DNA of 64,000 nt from Macrostomum lignano (taxonomy: Eukaryota), in NCBI GenBank assembly GCA_002269645.1, contig NIVC01000422.1:550219-614218 (forward strand). The letters run 5' to 3'. The position numbers were made by a program, and so were the translations under genes. Under the pieces are notes generated by a model. That model searched no databases. It was given only the letters and a program-made list of their open reading frames with translations, and was not told the DNA's origin. Positions within the stretch are counted from its first letter, which is position 1. Each line of letters begins with the position of its first letter. Positions 1 to 13,825 of the stretch are shown piece by piece.

Positions 1-1
1 G

Positions 2-3000
2 CCTCCGCCGCCTGTGCAGCAACAGCCGAAACAGCAACCTTCACATTCAACAGCGGCTGACGATTTCAATCCTCAAGGATATCTTTACTTGCAACCAGGT
101 CATCTGCAACAGCAGCAACAAGATAGTCAATTGGAACGAACCCTGACTCCGCCTGATAGTCGTCGGGCGATGTATCAGCCTCAGTATTCGCAGCAGCAGC
201 AACAGCCCGTGTCTTCTAGACCACCCTCTGTGCCAGCGGCTCCGTCATCTCAGGCTCAGGCTGCCTTTCATCAATCCAGCCCATTGATACCACAGCAGCA
301 GCAGGCTCAGCCTCAGCCTCATCAACCAAAGGCTCAAATTCGAATGCCTGGCCTATCGGACACTGCTAGGCCTAGCAGCGAAATTCAATCAATTATGGCC
401 GAGTTAAAACCTAGCCGTCAGGTGCTAAGCGTGTCTCAACAGCAGCAACAGTTACAGGCGGCTCGACAGCAGCAGCAGCTACAGCAGCAGCAGCAATTGC
501 AACAGCAGATGCAATTGTTGCAGCAGCAACAGCAACAGCTTCAACAGCAGTTATTGCAACAGCAATACGGTCGCTCGTCTAATAAACACTCTCGTACAAC
601 ATCCAAGACGTCTAGTTTAGCTTCGAATAATTCCATAGAATTAGGCAGTTCGGCTACAGGCTTGCCAAACATGCCATCGGCTGTACAACAATCGCAACCG
701 CAGCCGCAGTTGTACCCGAGTTCCAGTCTGTTTCCTTATCAGCAGCACCAGCAATACGGTTATTCACCGGCTGGTAGCAGGACAGCCAGTAGGCCCACCA
801 GCAGGCCGGCAAGTCGAGCTGGCAGTGTCGCTAGCGAGTTGGCCGCCTCAGCATCCAGCCCGGCGCTGGGCAGCCTTGCCCAACAGTACGAGCAGTACTT
901 TGATAATTGTATCAGACAGCAGCCGCAGAATGCCGCGTATTTTCATCAGCAGCGACAGGAGTATAGGAATTATTTTCTTAACTACATGAACTATGTCCAA
1001 CAGGCGCAGTACGATGGAGATGGCGATGGCGATTATGCTCAACCGTCTGGTCGGTGCACTCCGTTAAAGTTCAATTTGCCTCACGCCAGACTGGGACTGG
1101 ACGCTCCGGGACTTGTTGTACAGGTATATTGTCTGATCTGGATTTTTGTGGAATGGAGTTTTGTGAGAGATAATCGCTCTTAGACTAATTCTATCTGAGT
1201 GAGAATCGGCCTTTACCTACCTGAGAGAGAATCGCCCTTTACCTACCTGAGAGAGAGAATCGCCCTTTACCTACCTGAGAGAGAGAATCGCCCTTTACCT
1301 ACCTGAGAGAGAGAATCGGCCTTTACCTACCTGAGAGAGAATCGCCCTTTACCTACCTGAGGGAGAGAATCGCCCTTTACCTACCTGAGAGAGAATCGCC
1401 CTTTACCTACCTGAGAGAGAGAATCGGCCTTTACCTACCTGAGAGAGAATCGCCCTTTACCTACCTGAGAGAGAATCGCCCTTTACCTACCTGAGAGAGA
1501 GAATCGCCCTTTACCTACCTGAGAGAGAATCGCCCTTTACCTACCTGAGAGAGAGAATCGCCCTTTACCTACCTGAGGGAGAGAATCGCCCTTTACCTAC
1601 CTGAGAGTGAGAGAGAATCGCCCTTTACCCACCTGAGGGAGAGAATCGCCCTTTACCTACCTGAGGGAGAGAATCGCCCTTTACCTACCTGAGAGAGAAT
1701 CGCCCTTTACCTACCTGAGAGAGAGAATCGCCCTTTACCTACCGAGAGAGAGAATCGCCCTTTACCTACCTGAGGGAGAGAATCGCCCTTTACCTACCTG
1801 AGAGTGAGAGAGAATCGCCCTTTACCTACCTGAGGGAGAGAATCGCCCTTTACCTACCTGAGGGAGAGAATCGCCCTTTACCTACCTGAGAGTGAGAGAG
1901 AATCGCCCTTTACCTACCTGAGGGAGAGAATCGCCCTTTACCTACCTGAGAGAGAGAATCGCCCTTTACCTACCTGAGGGAGAGAATCGCCCTTTACCTA
2001 CCTGAGAGTGAGAGAGAATCGCCCTTTACCTACCTGAGGGAGAGAATCGCCCTTTACCTACCTGAGAGAGAGAGAATCGCCCTTTACCTACCTGAGAGTG
2101 ATAGAGAGGGAGAGAATCGCCCTTTACCCAAATTGCTCAGGTACCAGCAGCCAGACCAGATGAAGGCGAGCCAGCCCGCGTGCATCTACTCGAAAGCTCG
2201 TGCGTTGTTAGCGAAGCAGAAAAACTCGAATTCGTCTCCTTTCCCGGGCCGCTAGTTCGCGGTAAAACTTTAAAAAGCGAAGTTCGAGCCTATTTGAATG
2301 GCAAACTGCAACAGCTGCAAGATCGACTGGCTGGCGACTGGGATAGCGCGACTCTGCTTATTGGCTATCTTGACTTTCTCATTCGGAATAATGGGGTGAG
2401 CTGCAGCTGCTACTGACGGGGTGTTAGATGTAATTATTAACAGACGTCATAAAGGCATATTTACACAAATTGCAGGTGTAAAAATATACACTTAATTATA
2501 GTGATATTTAGACAGAAACTTCTAGACCGCCATACAAGGGCAGGCTTATCAAGACTAACACTAACACAGACGCTCGAAGACAGGCACATTAAAACAGACA
2601 CATTAAGATAGGCATACTAAGACAGACACCTTAAGACAGTCGCATTAAGACAGATACCTTAGGACAGTCGCATTAAGACAGATACCTTAAGACAGTCGCA
2701 TTGACACCGGCACATTAAGACAGACACCTTAAGACAGGCACCTTAAGACAGGTGCATTAAAACTGGCACCTTGAGACAGTCGCATTAAGACAGATACCTT
2801 AGGACAGTCGCATTGAAACCGGCACATTTAGACAGACACCTTAAGACAAGCACCTTGAGACATATTTTAAGACAGGTGCATTAAAACTGGCACCTTGAGA
2901 CAGGCGCATTAAGACAGATATATACCTTAAGACAGTCGCATTAAGACAGATACCTTAGGACAGTCGCATTGAAACCGGCACATTAAGACAGACACCTTAA

Positions 3001-6000
3001 GACAGTCGAATTAAGACAGATACCTTAGGACAGTCGCATTAAGACAGATACCTTAAGACAGTCGCATTAAAACCGGCACATTAAGACAGACACCTTAAGA
3101 CAGGCACCTTGAGACAGGCGCATTAAGACAGATAGATACCTTAAGACAGGTGCACTAAGACAGGCACATTAAGACAGTCACCTTGAGACAGACATATTAA
3201 GACAGTCACCTTGAGACAGACATATTAAGACAGTCACCTTGAGACAGACATATTAAGACAGTCACCTTGAGACAGACATATTAAGACAGTCACCTTGAGA
3301 CAGACATATTAAGACAGTCACCTTGAGACAGACATATTAAGACAGTCACATTGAGACAGACATATTAAGACAGTCACCTTGAGACAGACATATTAAGACA
3401 GTCACCTTGAGACAGACATATTAAGACAGTCACCTTGAGACAGACATATTAAGACAGTCACCTTGAGACAGACTTATTGAGACAGTCACCTTGAGACAGA
3501 CATATTAAGACAGTCACCTTGAGACAGACATATTAAGAGAGTCACCTTGAGACAGACATATTAAGACAGTCACCTTGAGACAGACATATTAAGAGAGTCA
3601 CCTTGAGACAGACATATTAAGACAGTCACCTTGAGACAGACTCAGTCACCTTGAGACAGACATATTAAGACAGTCACCTTGAGACAGGTAGCACTAAGAC
3701 TTTACACCCGAAGCCGCGCGCTAATACAAAAGTGCATAATCAATAAAATAAATAATTAAGCACCAGATATTAGTGCATGTGCACTATACAAAGACTGAGT
3801 GTTAATCACCGTCTCCCATCTCTATCTCCCTCTTCCTCACCACCAGATAACAATGGGCGCAGATCTGACCGACCTACTCCTAGAAGGTCACGAGCCTCGC
3901 ACCTCCGAATATCGCGATCACGGCCTCGCTATTCGGACTAATTCGTCCGATAATTTTGCTTCGTTGCCTCCAAGCGAACCGCCTAGCGGCAGGGCCAGCC
4001 CTACTGGCAGCGTGACCAGCATGCGGTCTGCCGGTCTCAGACAGCAGCAGCAGCAGCCGCCGTATTCTCTGCAGTCAAGCCAGGTGGCCCAGTTGATTGA
4101 ACGACATGACGACAGGTTGATTGACAGGTTTCGCAAGTTGCTAATGTACGGACGGAAACGCGAGGCTTTGGAGTACGCTGGCAAACACGGCTTGTGGGGA
4201 CAGGTGAGGTTTTTGTTTCGATTATATATTTGAAATTTATTAAAATATCTCTATCTTTATTCAGTATTTATCATTTATTAAGTGGACACTAATCGCTCCT
4301 GAACTTCAATCGGAATCGATCTTAATCCCTACTCAAAACAGCCCCTAATCCTATTTAGAATCTCTTTAATCTTACTTATGGATTGAATCGCCCCTAATCT
4401 CTAAATAAGTCGCTCCAATACTCACTTAGAGCCGCCCCTAATCCCTACTTAGAAACTCCCTAATTCCCAATTAGAATCTCCATAATCTCCAATTAAAATC
4501 ACCCCTAATCTTTATTCAAAATCGCTCCTTAGTCCGAATTAGAATCGCCCCCAAAATTCCTACTTAGTATCGCTCCTAATTCTTTCTTAGAATCGCCTTT
4601 AATCCTTACTTAGAATTACCTGAATCCCTACTTAGAATCACACCTGATCCCTACTTGCAATCGTCCCTAATACCTACTTATAAGCGCACCTAATCCGTAC
4701 TGAGAATTGCCCCTAAGCCCTACTAAAGATCGCCCTAATCCCCACTTAGAATGACACCTAAACCCTACTAAGAATCGCCCTAATCCCCACTTAGAATGAC
4801 CCCTAATCTTTACTTAAAATCTCCTTAATCCCTAATTAGAATCGCCCCTAATCCCTACTTAGAATTAACGTCATCTTTACTCAAAATCGCCCAAAATCCC
4901 CTAATTAGGAATCACCTATAATGCAGAATTAAAGAACTAATCAAGCAGTATCTCTTACTCAACCGCAACACTGACAGGCGCTGTTCCTATCCTACAACAT
5001 GGACCCTGGCGTGCACGCCAAGATGCTGGTCCGCTTTGCCAATCAAGCGATGCGAATGAACGACCCGCTTCAGACGCTCTACCAGTACATGCAAGGCCAA
5101 ATGCCAGCCGTCACTGCCGGATTAATGGATACGACCGATTCTGCTTGGGGAGACTGGAGGCCTCATCTGGCTATGCTGCTGTCAAATCAGCCAGATAGAC
5201 CCGAACTGGCTTCTCAGGCTATCGCTCAGATGGGCGACACTCTGGCCGCTAGGAGACTGCTGTACGCTTCCCAACTGTGCTATCTTATGGCTGGCGTACC
5301 GTTCTCCCAGTTCGGCTGCGATCGACAGGTATTGTAGCTTGTTTTGCAGCTGATTTCCGGACACCAGTACGTTCACTGCACATCTAGCTTGTTCATTAGA
5401 CACCAAATCCTATTCACCGGACATATTCCTATTCACCGGACACTCATCCCTATTCACCGGACACTTATCCCTATTCACCGGACACATCTTTATTCACCGG
5501 ACACGCATCCCTATTCACCGGACACTCATTCCTATTCACCGGACACTCATCCCTATTCACCGGACACTTATCCCTATTTACCGGACGCTTATCTTTATTC
5601 ACCGGACACTTATTCCTATTCACCGGACACTTATTCCTATTCACCGGACACTTATTCCTATTAACCGGACCCTCATTCCTATTCACCGGACACTTATCCC
5701 TATTCACCGGACACTCATCCCTATTCACCGGGCACTCATCCCTATTCACCGGACACTTATCCCTATTTACCGGACGCTTATCTTTATTCACCGGACACTT
5801 ATTCCTATTAACCGGACCCTCATTCCTATTCACCGGACACTTATCCCTATTCACCGGACACTCATCCCTATTCACCGGGCACTCATTCCAATTCACCGGA
5901 CACTTATCCCTATTTACCGGACGCTTATCTTTATTTACCGGACACTTATTCCTATTCACCGGACACTTATTCCTATTAACCGGACCCTCATTCCTATTCA

Positions 6001-9000
6001 CCGGACACTTATCCCTATTCACCGGGCACTCATCCCTATTCACCGGACACTTATCCCTATTCGCCGGACACTTATCCCTATTTACCGGACGCTTATCTTT
6101 ATTCACCGGACACTTATTCCTATTCACCGGACACTTATCCCTATTCACCGAACACATCTTTATTCACCGGACACTTATCCCTATTCACCGGACACTAATC
6201 TTTATTCACCGGATACTTATTCCTATTCACCGGACACTCATCCCTATTCACCGGACACCCATCCCTATTCGCCGGACACAACCCCATGATACAAACAAGA
6301 ATCTGTATGACCACACACAAGAATCTTTATGACCAGACACAAGAATCTGTATGACCAGACACAAGAATCTTTATGAGCAGACACAAGAATCTGTATAACT
6401 AGACACAAGAATCTGTATGAGCAGACACAAGAATCTGTCGGAGGAGACAAAATAATCTGTATGAGCAGACACAAGAATCTGTATGAGCAGACACAAGAAT
6501 CTGTCGGAGGAGACACAAGAATTTGTATGAGCAGACACAATAATCTGTATGAGCAGACACAGGGATCTGTATGAACAGACACAATAATCTGTATGAGCAG
6601 ACACAATAATCTGTATGAGCAGACACAAGAATCTGTATGAGCAGACACAAGAATCTGTCGGAGGAGACACAAGAATGAGCAGACACAATCTGTATGAGCA
6701 GACACAATAATCTGTATGAGCAGACACAAGAATCTGTATGAGCAGACACAAGAATCTGTATGAGCAGACACGAGAATCTTACTGCTTCTCAAATTTTAAC
6801 CTCTGTCAGGCAAAGATAGTTCTCATCGGCGCCAGACACCACGACTTCGATAGTGCCGCGGCTTCAAGAAGTTCAAACGCCAATTTATTCGCCACCAATG
6901 AAGCTATCCAGCTCACTGAAGTATTCGAATATGCAATGAGTCTGTCCGACAAAGACTACCAATTGGGTCACTTGCTGCCGTACAAGTTCATGTACGCTAC
7001 TAGACTGTTGGATGCGGGCATGATTGAGGAGGCTTTCAGTATTGTCAGGTATTATTGATTGATTTATTGCATCTGAATTTTTTCGTCAAAAATATCCTAA
7101 ATTATTAGAAAAAAATTATCCCCAAAGCTTCAATAAGTATCAGAATAGGGGAGAATCATCCCCAAAGCTTCAATAAGTATCAGAATAGGGAGAACTATCC
7201 CCAAAGCTTCAATAAGTATCAGAATAGGGAGAATTATCGCCAAAGCTTCAAAAGTATCAGAATAGGAGAATTATCCCAAAGATTCAATAAGTATCAGAAT
7301 AGGGAGAATTATCCAAAGCTTCAATAAGTATCAGAATATTATCGCTTCAATATCAGAATAGAGAATTATCCCAAAGACTACAATAGGGTCATCTTGCTGC
7401 CGACAAGTTCATAGTACGCTACAATAGATCTGTTGCTTCATAAGTATCAGGGCATGAATTGAGAGGCTTTCCAGTATTGTCAGGTATTATTGAATTGATT
7501 ATTGCATCTGAATTTCGAAAAATATCCTAAATTATAAGTATCAGAAAAAAATTATCCCCAAAGCGTCAATAAGTATCAGAATAGGAGAGAATTATCCCCA
7601 AAGCTTCAATAAGTATCAGAATAGGGGAGAATTATCCCCAAAGCTTCAATAAGTATCATAAAAGGGGAGAATTATCCCCAAAGCGTTAATAAGTATCAGA
7701 ATAGGAGAGAATTATCCCCAAAGCGTCAATAAGTATCAGAATAGGGGAGAATTATCCCCAAAGCTTCAATAAGTATCAGAATAGGGGAGAATTATCCCTA
7801 AAGCCCCATTAATCCCCATGAATCAAAGGAAAACCCGCCACCCCAAATCCCAGGTGATCGGCAGATCGCTGCTCAACCAGCAGCAGTCTCCAGACCAGGC
7901 CGCATTCGCCACCGACACTCTGGTCCGCGAGACTCTCCGTCTATCCGAGCGGCTTCAGTGCCACCCGGCTTGCGAGATGTCCCTCGACCAGCCTGATTGG
8001 CTGAGCCAGCTCAGGCAGTACTACACAGCTGGCCAGTTGCCATGCCAACTGTCGCAGGACCAGCAGGTGTACCAGTCTCAGTACTGGCAACAGCAGCAAC
8101 AGCAACTAGACGAAGTAGATCCATCAGTAGCGACAGCTCCGTTTTCTAGCTACGCGGCTGCTAAAACACCTGTTAGTTATTCACCTCTGCGTCAGCAACA
8201 ACAGCAGCAGCAGCATAGAGATTCTCCTCTGTCATTTGGCGATGTCAACTCTTATAAACAGCAGCAGCAGCATCTGGCAATGCGCAAGGACTCTGTATCG
8301 AGTGTGTCTCAGCATTCTAACGCTGGTTCCAGTCTGCACCAGCAGCCGCCTCCTCCGCCGCCGCCACCGCCGCAACAGCATCAACCGTCAAGTCCTCCTG
8401 GCACCTCCGGCTCGGGTGGTGGCACCGTATTTGATTATTATGGCGCGGTGCAGAGCAGCGGTCAGCAGGTGAGTGTGTCTAAACTATATTCTATTTACTT
8501 TTCTAGCTCGTTAATATGCCTTGTTTTGTTGTGCTTTCTGTCTTTTATATTGATGCTTTTTTTCATGTCTGATCTTTGAGTTAACCCTTCCATATCCCTA
8601 GTTTCTTGGCCATCTCAGCTCCTCAGTTTCTGGGCCACCAGCCTCCCAGATCCTCAGTTTCTGGGCCACCAGCCTCCCAGATCCTCAGTTGCTGGGCCAC
8701 CAGCCTCCCAGATCCTCAGTTGCTGGGCCACCAGCCTCCCAGATCCTCAGTTGCTGGGCCAGCAGCTCCCGATCCTCAGTTTCTGGGCCACCAGCCTCCC
8801 AGATCCTCAGTTGCTGGGCCACCAGCCTCCCAGATCCTCAGTTGCTGGGCCACCAGCTCCCAGATCCTCAGTTTCTGGGCCACCAGCCTCCCAGATCCTC
8901 AGTTGCTGGGCCAGCAGCTCCCCGATCCTCAGTTTCTGGGCCACCAGCCTCCCAGATCCTCAGTTGCTGGGCCACCAGCCTCCCAGATCCTCAGTTGCTG

Positions 9001-12000
9001 GGTCACCAGCCTCCCAGATCCTCAGTTGCTGGGCCACCAGCCTTACCAGATCCTCAGTTGCTGGGCCACCAGCCTCCCAGATCCTCAGTTGCTGGGCCAC
9101 CAGCCTCCCAGATCCTCAGTTGCTGGGCCAACCTTCGAAATCCCATAGCCTAATATCCTCAAAATGCTTAAAAACTATATTGATGTTCTGTATGCTGCTG
9201 AAGATTATACGCAACTGCCTGCATATAAGAAAAACCTCAATACACCACACGGAACACACGTGTGCACCCGAACTCGCCAGATCCCAGACTATCAGCGCAG
9301 GCGAACTCTATCCAGCGCCTCATCTTCACACGGCGACGCTGCCTCATCGGCTCTTGGCAGCAGCGCTGGCGGCTTGAGCCCGTCAGCCTCTTTGAGCCTG
9401 CAACCGGGTGCCCTAAGGGTAGGAAAAAATAGAATGGTTGTGGCATAGTTGCCGTAGTATCAAAGTAATTCACTGTTTAATACTTGCTTAGTTGATTGTA
9501 GTTTAACAATACCGCAACGGTTAATCTGAATTAATTCTCATTATAATAACACGCTTGTAGTTTCAGATTTTAATATGATATCAATACTACTAATACGATT
9601 GTTTTTGGTGTTATTGCTGTAGCGGCATATGGGCATTTTGTTAGCAATTAAAGTTTTTCGTGTTGATTTAATAATTGTTTGTTTTGTATTTTTGTTTCCG
9701 TAACGCGTAACGTACCCAGCTCACTGCATTATCATTTATTTGCGTACATATATAGTATTTTAACCCGGTTTAATCCCAGGAGCACTTAACACATGCACAT
9801 TGATACTAAAATAGAAGTTAAAACCTCTGAAGACATAATACCGTTAGTCTGTGGTGCAAACCCATGCTTAAAAGTACGATTAATCTATGGTTTAAACCAA
9901 TGCTAAAAAGTCAGTCTATGGTTGAAACCTATGCTTTTCTAAATAAGTTAGTGTATTGTTGAAATGATGTTAAAAAGTTAATTAGTTTATGGTTAAAACC
10001 CGTGCTAAATAAGTCAGTTAGTCTATGGTTGAAACCCATGCTAAATAAGTCTGTTAGTCTATGGTTGAAACCCATGCCAAATAAGTCAGTTAGTCTATGG
10101 TTGAAACCCATGCTAAATAAGTCAGTTAGTCTATGGTTGAAACCCATGCTAAATAAGTCAGTTAGTCTATGGTTGAAACCCATGCTAAATAAGTCAGTTA
10201 GTCTATGGTTGAAACCCATGCCAAATAAGTCAGTTAGTCTATGGTTGAAGCCCATGCTAAATAAGTCAGTTAGTCTATGGTTGAAACTCGTACTAAATAA
10301 GTCAGTTAGTCTATGGTTGAAACCATGCTAAATAAGTCAGTTAGTCTATGGTTGAAACCCATGCCAAATAAGTCAGTTAGTCTATGGTTGAAACCCATGC
10401 TAAATAAGTCAGTTAGTCTATGGTTGAAACCCATGCCAAATAAGTCAGTTAGTCTATGGTTGAAACCCATGCCAAATAAGTCAGCTAGTCTATGGTTGAA
10501 ACCCATGCTAAACAAATCAGTTAGTCTATCGTTGAAACTCGTACTAAATAAGTCAATTAGTCTATGGTTGAAACCAATGCTAAACAAATCAGTTAGTCTA
10601 TCGTTGAAACTCGTACTAAATAAGTCAATTAGTCTATGGTTGAAACCCATGCTAAATAAGTCAGTTAGTCTATGGTTGAAACCCATGCTAAATAAGTCTG
10701 TTAGTCTATGGTTGAAACCCATGCTAAATAAGTCAGTTAGTCTATGGTTGAAACCCATGCCAAATAAGTCAGTTAGTCTATGGTTGAAACCCATGCTAAA
10801 TAAGTCAGTTAGTCTATGGTTGAAACCCATGCCAAATAAGTCAGTTAGTCTATGGTTGAAACCCATGCTAAATAAGTCAGTTAGTCTATGGTTGAAACCC
10901 ATGCCAAATAAGTCAGTTAGTCTATGGTTGAAACCCATGCTAAATAAGTCAGTTAGTCTATGGTTGAAACCCATGCTAAACAAATCAGTTAGTCTATCGT
11001 TGAAACTCGTACTAAATAAGTCAATTAGTCTATGGTTGAAACCTATGCTTTAATTGAGTCAGATGTCTATGGTTTAAATCTGGCATCTAAAGAAGGCCCT
11101 ATTAAAGTATAATTTAAAGTGTACTTTATTACAAATATATAGGCTATTTATGCTCCTAGATTTGCAACTAACCGACTTGACATTCGCACAAAAATTAATT
11201 TATTAAATTAGTAACAAGTTCAACAATACATATGTAACTAAATCACCATGTTCAGTCGCAGTGTTCGCAGTACAGTAGAAGGCGGAGCTCCGTTATGCTT
11301 CCTGGTACTCCTAGCTACGTTGGAACCGGAACTGGAAGCGGTTCCAGCCGGGAAGCCAGCAGCGTGCACAGCAGCAGTATACAAGTGTCGCCAGATAATT
11401 CTTTTTCGCAGAAGCAGCTCAGAATGGCACTGCGTAGCGAACAACAGGTTTCTTAATAGTTATATATCCTTTGCCTGCAATTTCTGTGTTGTCTTCTGCA
11501 CTTTACACTTGAAGCTTTTTTAACGTGACGCTTTTCATTCTTTTAGTTCAACGAGTAGTAAAATTATTAATTGCTTTACAGGCATTCTTTTTTCTCTTTA
11601 GAAAAAGTTGAAAAGTATCTTTTTTGGCTTATTGAACTGACTGGCCTATAGCGCAAAAGTCGCCAAAAAGTCATTGAAAACAACTCACTTTGAGTTGATT
11701 CTTGGCCTGGGTACTGGCAACTCAAATAAATTGGAGCAAACATGCTGTTTTGCTCATAGACAGTGTTCTATTCTGCCCAAAGACAGTGTTTCCGTGACTG
11801 AGAGTGTTTAGAGAACTTTAAAGCAAGCATTCTGGCCCATAGAACTTCATTTCTACGTTTTTTATTGACTTTATAGTCTATGGTCACAAGTGCAGGAATT
11901 CTCCGCCAGCCCCTGTCGTCGGCCAGTCGGGGTTGCAGCAGCCGCAGCAGCACCGGCTCGGACCTGCCGCTCTTGGCCGGCCCAAATATGTCGATCTGCT

Positions 12001-12178
12001 GAGCAGCCAGGCTGTTAAATCGTCATCGTCGCAGCAGCAGCAACAGCAGCAACCTCCTGGAGGTCCGCCGCCGCCTCCGATGCCGCCGCCGATGCCGCAG
12101 CTCTTTAATCCGGGCAGTTCCTCGTCTGGCCCGGCTGCCAATTATAACTTCTTTGTGCCGTCATCTACTGCTGATTGA
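2..12178 (+). CDS. SEC16: Protein transport protein Sec16 (COPII/ER exit site scaffold), 5'-partial. Exons about <2-1123, 2141-2395, 3847-4203, 4978-5328, 6810-7048 (1-bp deletion near 7037), 7854-8468, 9281(or 9149)-9418, 11271(or 11256)-11447, ~11891-12178
   Basis: The spliced translation gives the Sec16 central conserved domain: CTPLKFNLPH, FPGPLVRGKT, NNG|ITMGADLTDLL, LWGQ|ALFLSYNMD, WGDWRPHLAMLLSN, MGDTLAARR, ATNEAIQLTEVFEYA, YKFMYATRL. The C-terminal motifs RPKYVDLL and NFFVP follow. Exons 1-6 have GT..AG boundaries in frame. The poly-Q N-terminus is open from base 2. The last three exon boundaries are uncertain. Confidence 0.9.
1195..2128 (+). repeat. Minisatellite, ~26-30 bp (GA)nGAATCGCCCTTTACCTACCT, SEC16 intron 1
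   Basis: Direct reading of tandem units. Confidence 0.95.
2570..3690 (+). repeat. AAGACAG-based minisatellite, SEC16 intron 2; 3' part a 28-bp unit CAGTCACCTTGAGACAGACATATTAAGA
   Basis: Tandem units, degenerate ~14-bp monomers 5' and a homogeneous dimer 3'. Confidence 0.93.
4290..4915 (+). repeat. Degenerate ~22-bp minisatellite CTTAGAATCGCCCCTAATCCCTA, SEC16 intron 3
   Basis: Recurrent TAGAATCGCCC/CTAATCCCTA motifs. Confidence 0.85.
5405..6285 (+). repeat. 21-bp minisatellite CCCTATTCACCGGACACTCAT, SEC16 intron 4
   Basis: Tandem units. Confidence 0.95.
6290..6780 (+). repeat. 22-bp minisatellite ACACAAGAATCTGTATGAGCAG, SEC16 intron 4
   Basis: Tandem units abutting the 21-bp array. Confidence 0.95.
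7115..7800 (+). repeat. ~40-bp minisatellite CCCCAAAGCTTCAATAAGTATCAGAATAGGGGAGAATTAT, SEC16 intron 5
   Basis: Tandem units, interrupted at ~7370-7560 by a noisy copy of the exon 5 end. Confidence 0.9.
8610..9132 (+). repeat. 31-bp minisatellite CCAGCCTCCCAGATCCTCAGTTGCTGGGCCA, SEC16 intron 6
   Basis: Tandem units. Confidence 0.95.
9860..11070 (+). repeat. 36-bp minisatellite CTAAATAAGTCAGTTAGTCTATGGTTGAAACCCATG, SEC16 intron 7
   Basis: Tandem units (12-aa periodic ORFs). Confidence 0.95.
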
Positions 12179-12700
12179 TTGGTTTATCATTTATTGATTT
12201 ATCTTTCGATTTGTCTATTGATTTATCGATCAATCGGTTTACTTATTAATCAATTAATTGATTTATCCATCGCTTGGTTTATCGATCGATTGATTGATTG
12301 GTTTATTGATCGATTGATTGATTGTTTTTCGATCGATTGATTGCTGGATTATCGATCGATTGATTGCCTGGTTTATCAATCGATTGATTGATTGTTTTTT
12401 GATCGATTGATTGCTGGATTATCGATCGATTGATTTATTTGTTTTTCGATCGATTGATTGATTGGTTTATCAATCGATTGATTGATTGTTTTTTGATCGA
12501 TTGATTGCTGGATTATCGATCGATTGATTTATTTGTTTTTCGATCGATTGATGGATTGGTTTATCGATCGATTAATTGATTGGTTTATCGATCGATTGAT
12601 TTATTTGTTTATCGGTTGATTGATTGATTGGTTTATCGATCGATTGTTTTATCCATCGCTTGGTTTATCAATTGATTGATAAATTTGGTAATCGATTAAT
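12175..12700 (+). repeat. ATCGAT/GATT-rich degenerate tandem repeat just after the SEC16 stop
   Basis: Repeated ATCGATTGATTGATTGGTTT. Confidence 0.85.
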
Positions 12701-13254
12701 TTATATTAATGTTTTAATGCGCTCGATTAGTATAATTATTTTTCTGATTTTAATATTTAAGTTATTGTGCGCTCGGATTCTGTTTAAGCTTTGTTCGCGT
12801 GTCTCGTATTCATTCCAATCAGATTGGGTGGAAAATATTGAAACAATATTTCCCTAAATATTATATAAACTACTTAAAGTAGATAGGTCGTTTTTATTTA
12901 TATTTCTGTGCTCTATCTTATCTAATTCAATTGGCTTATTATTTTATTGCTTCTTGTAGTACGCGGTATCCACTCTATATTCGTTGCTTTGAGTCAATTC
13001 ATTAATTGTTTTTTATGTTTTTTCTTTGTGACTTCACTCACTATTTCTCACTGTTTTGACTCGATAGAAACAAGTGCTGTTTTCTGATCAGTAGGTGCAT
13101 GCATGAGTACATAACTATTAAAGAAAATTTAGTCTGTTAATTACCATTTTAGCTAGGAATTGATTTGATAAATGCGTTTAATTTCAATTATATGTCAGCC
13201 CCTAAAAGATTTTATTAAACTCTTTTGTCGTCTCTAGATTGAGGTTCAGCGCCT

Positions 13255-13825
13255 CTGGATTTGATTTTTGCGCCCTTGGATTGGATTTTGGCGCCTCTGG
13301 GTTTGATTGTGGCGCTCCTAGATTTCATTTTTACGCCCCTAAATTGGATTGTGGCGCCCCTAGCTTGGATTGTGGCGCCCCTAGATTTGATTGTGGCGCC
13401 CCTAGATTTGATTGTGGCGCCCCTAGAGTTGATTGTGGCGCCCTTAGAGTTGATTGTGGCGCCCCTAGCTTGGATTGTGGCGCCCCTGGCTTGGATTTTG
13501 GCACCCTAGATTTGATTGTGGCGCCCCTAGATTTGATTGTGGCGCGCCTAGCTTGGATTGTGGCGCCCCTAGACTGGATTGTGGCGCGCCTAGATTGGAT
13601 TTTTGTGCCCCTAGATTTGATGTGGCGGCCCTAGATTGGATTGTGGCGCCCCTAGTTGGATTGTGGCGCCCCTAGCTTGGATTTTGGCGCCCCTAGATTG
13701 GATTGTGGCGCCCCTAGCTTGGATTGTGGCGCCCCTAGATTGGATTGTGGCGCCCCTAGCTTGGATTGTGGCGCGCCTAGATTTGATGTGGCGCCCCTAG
13801 ATTTAATGGCGCCCCTAGATTGGCT
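13255..13825 (+). repeat. 21-bp minisatellite GATTGTGGCGCCCCTAGATTT
   Basis: Tandem units. Confidence 0.93.
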
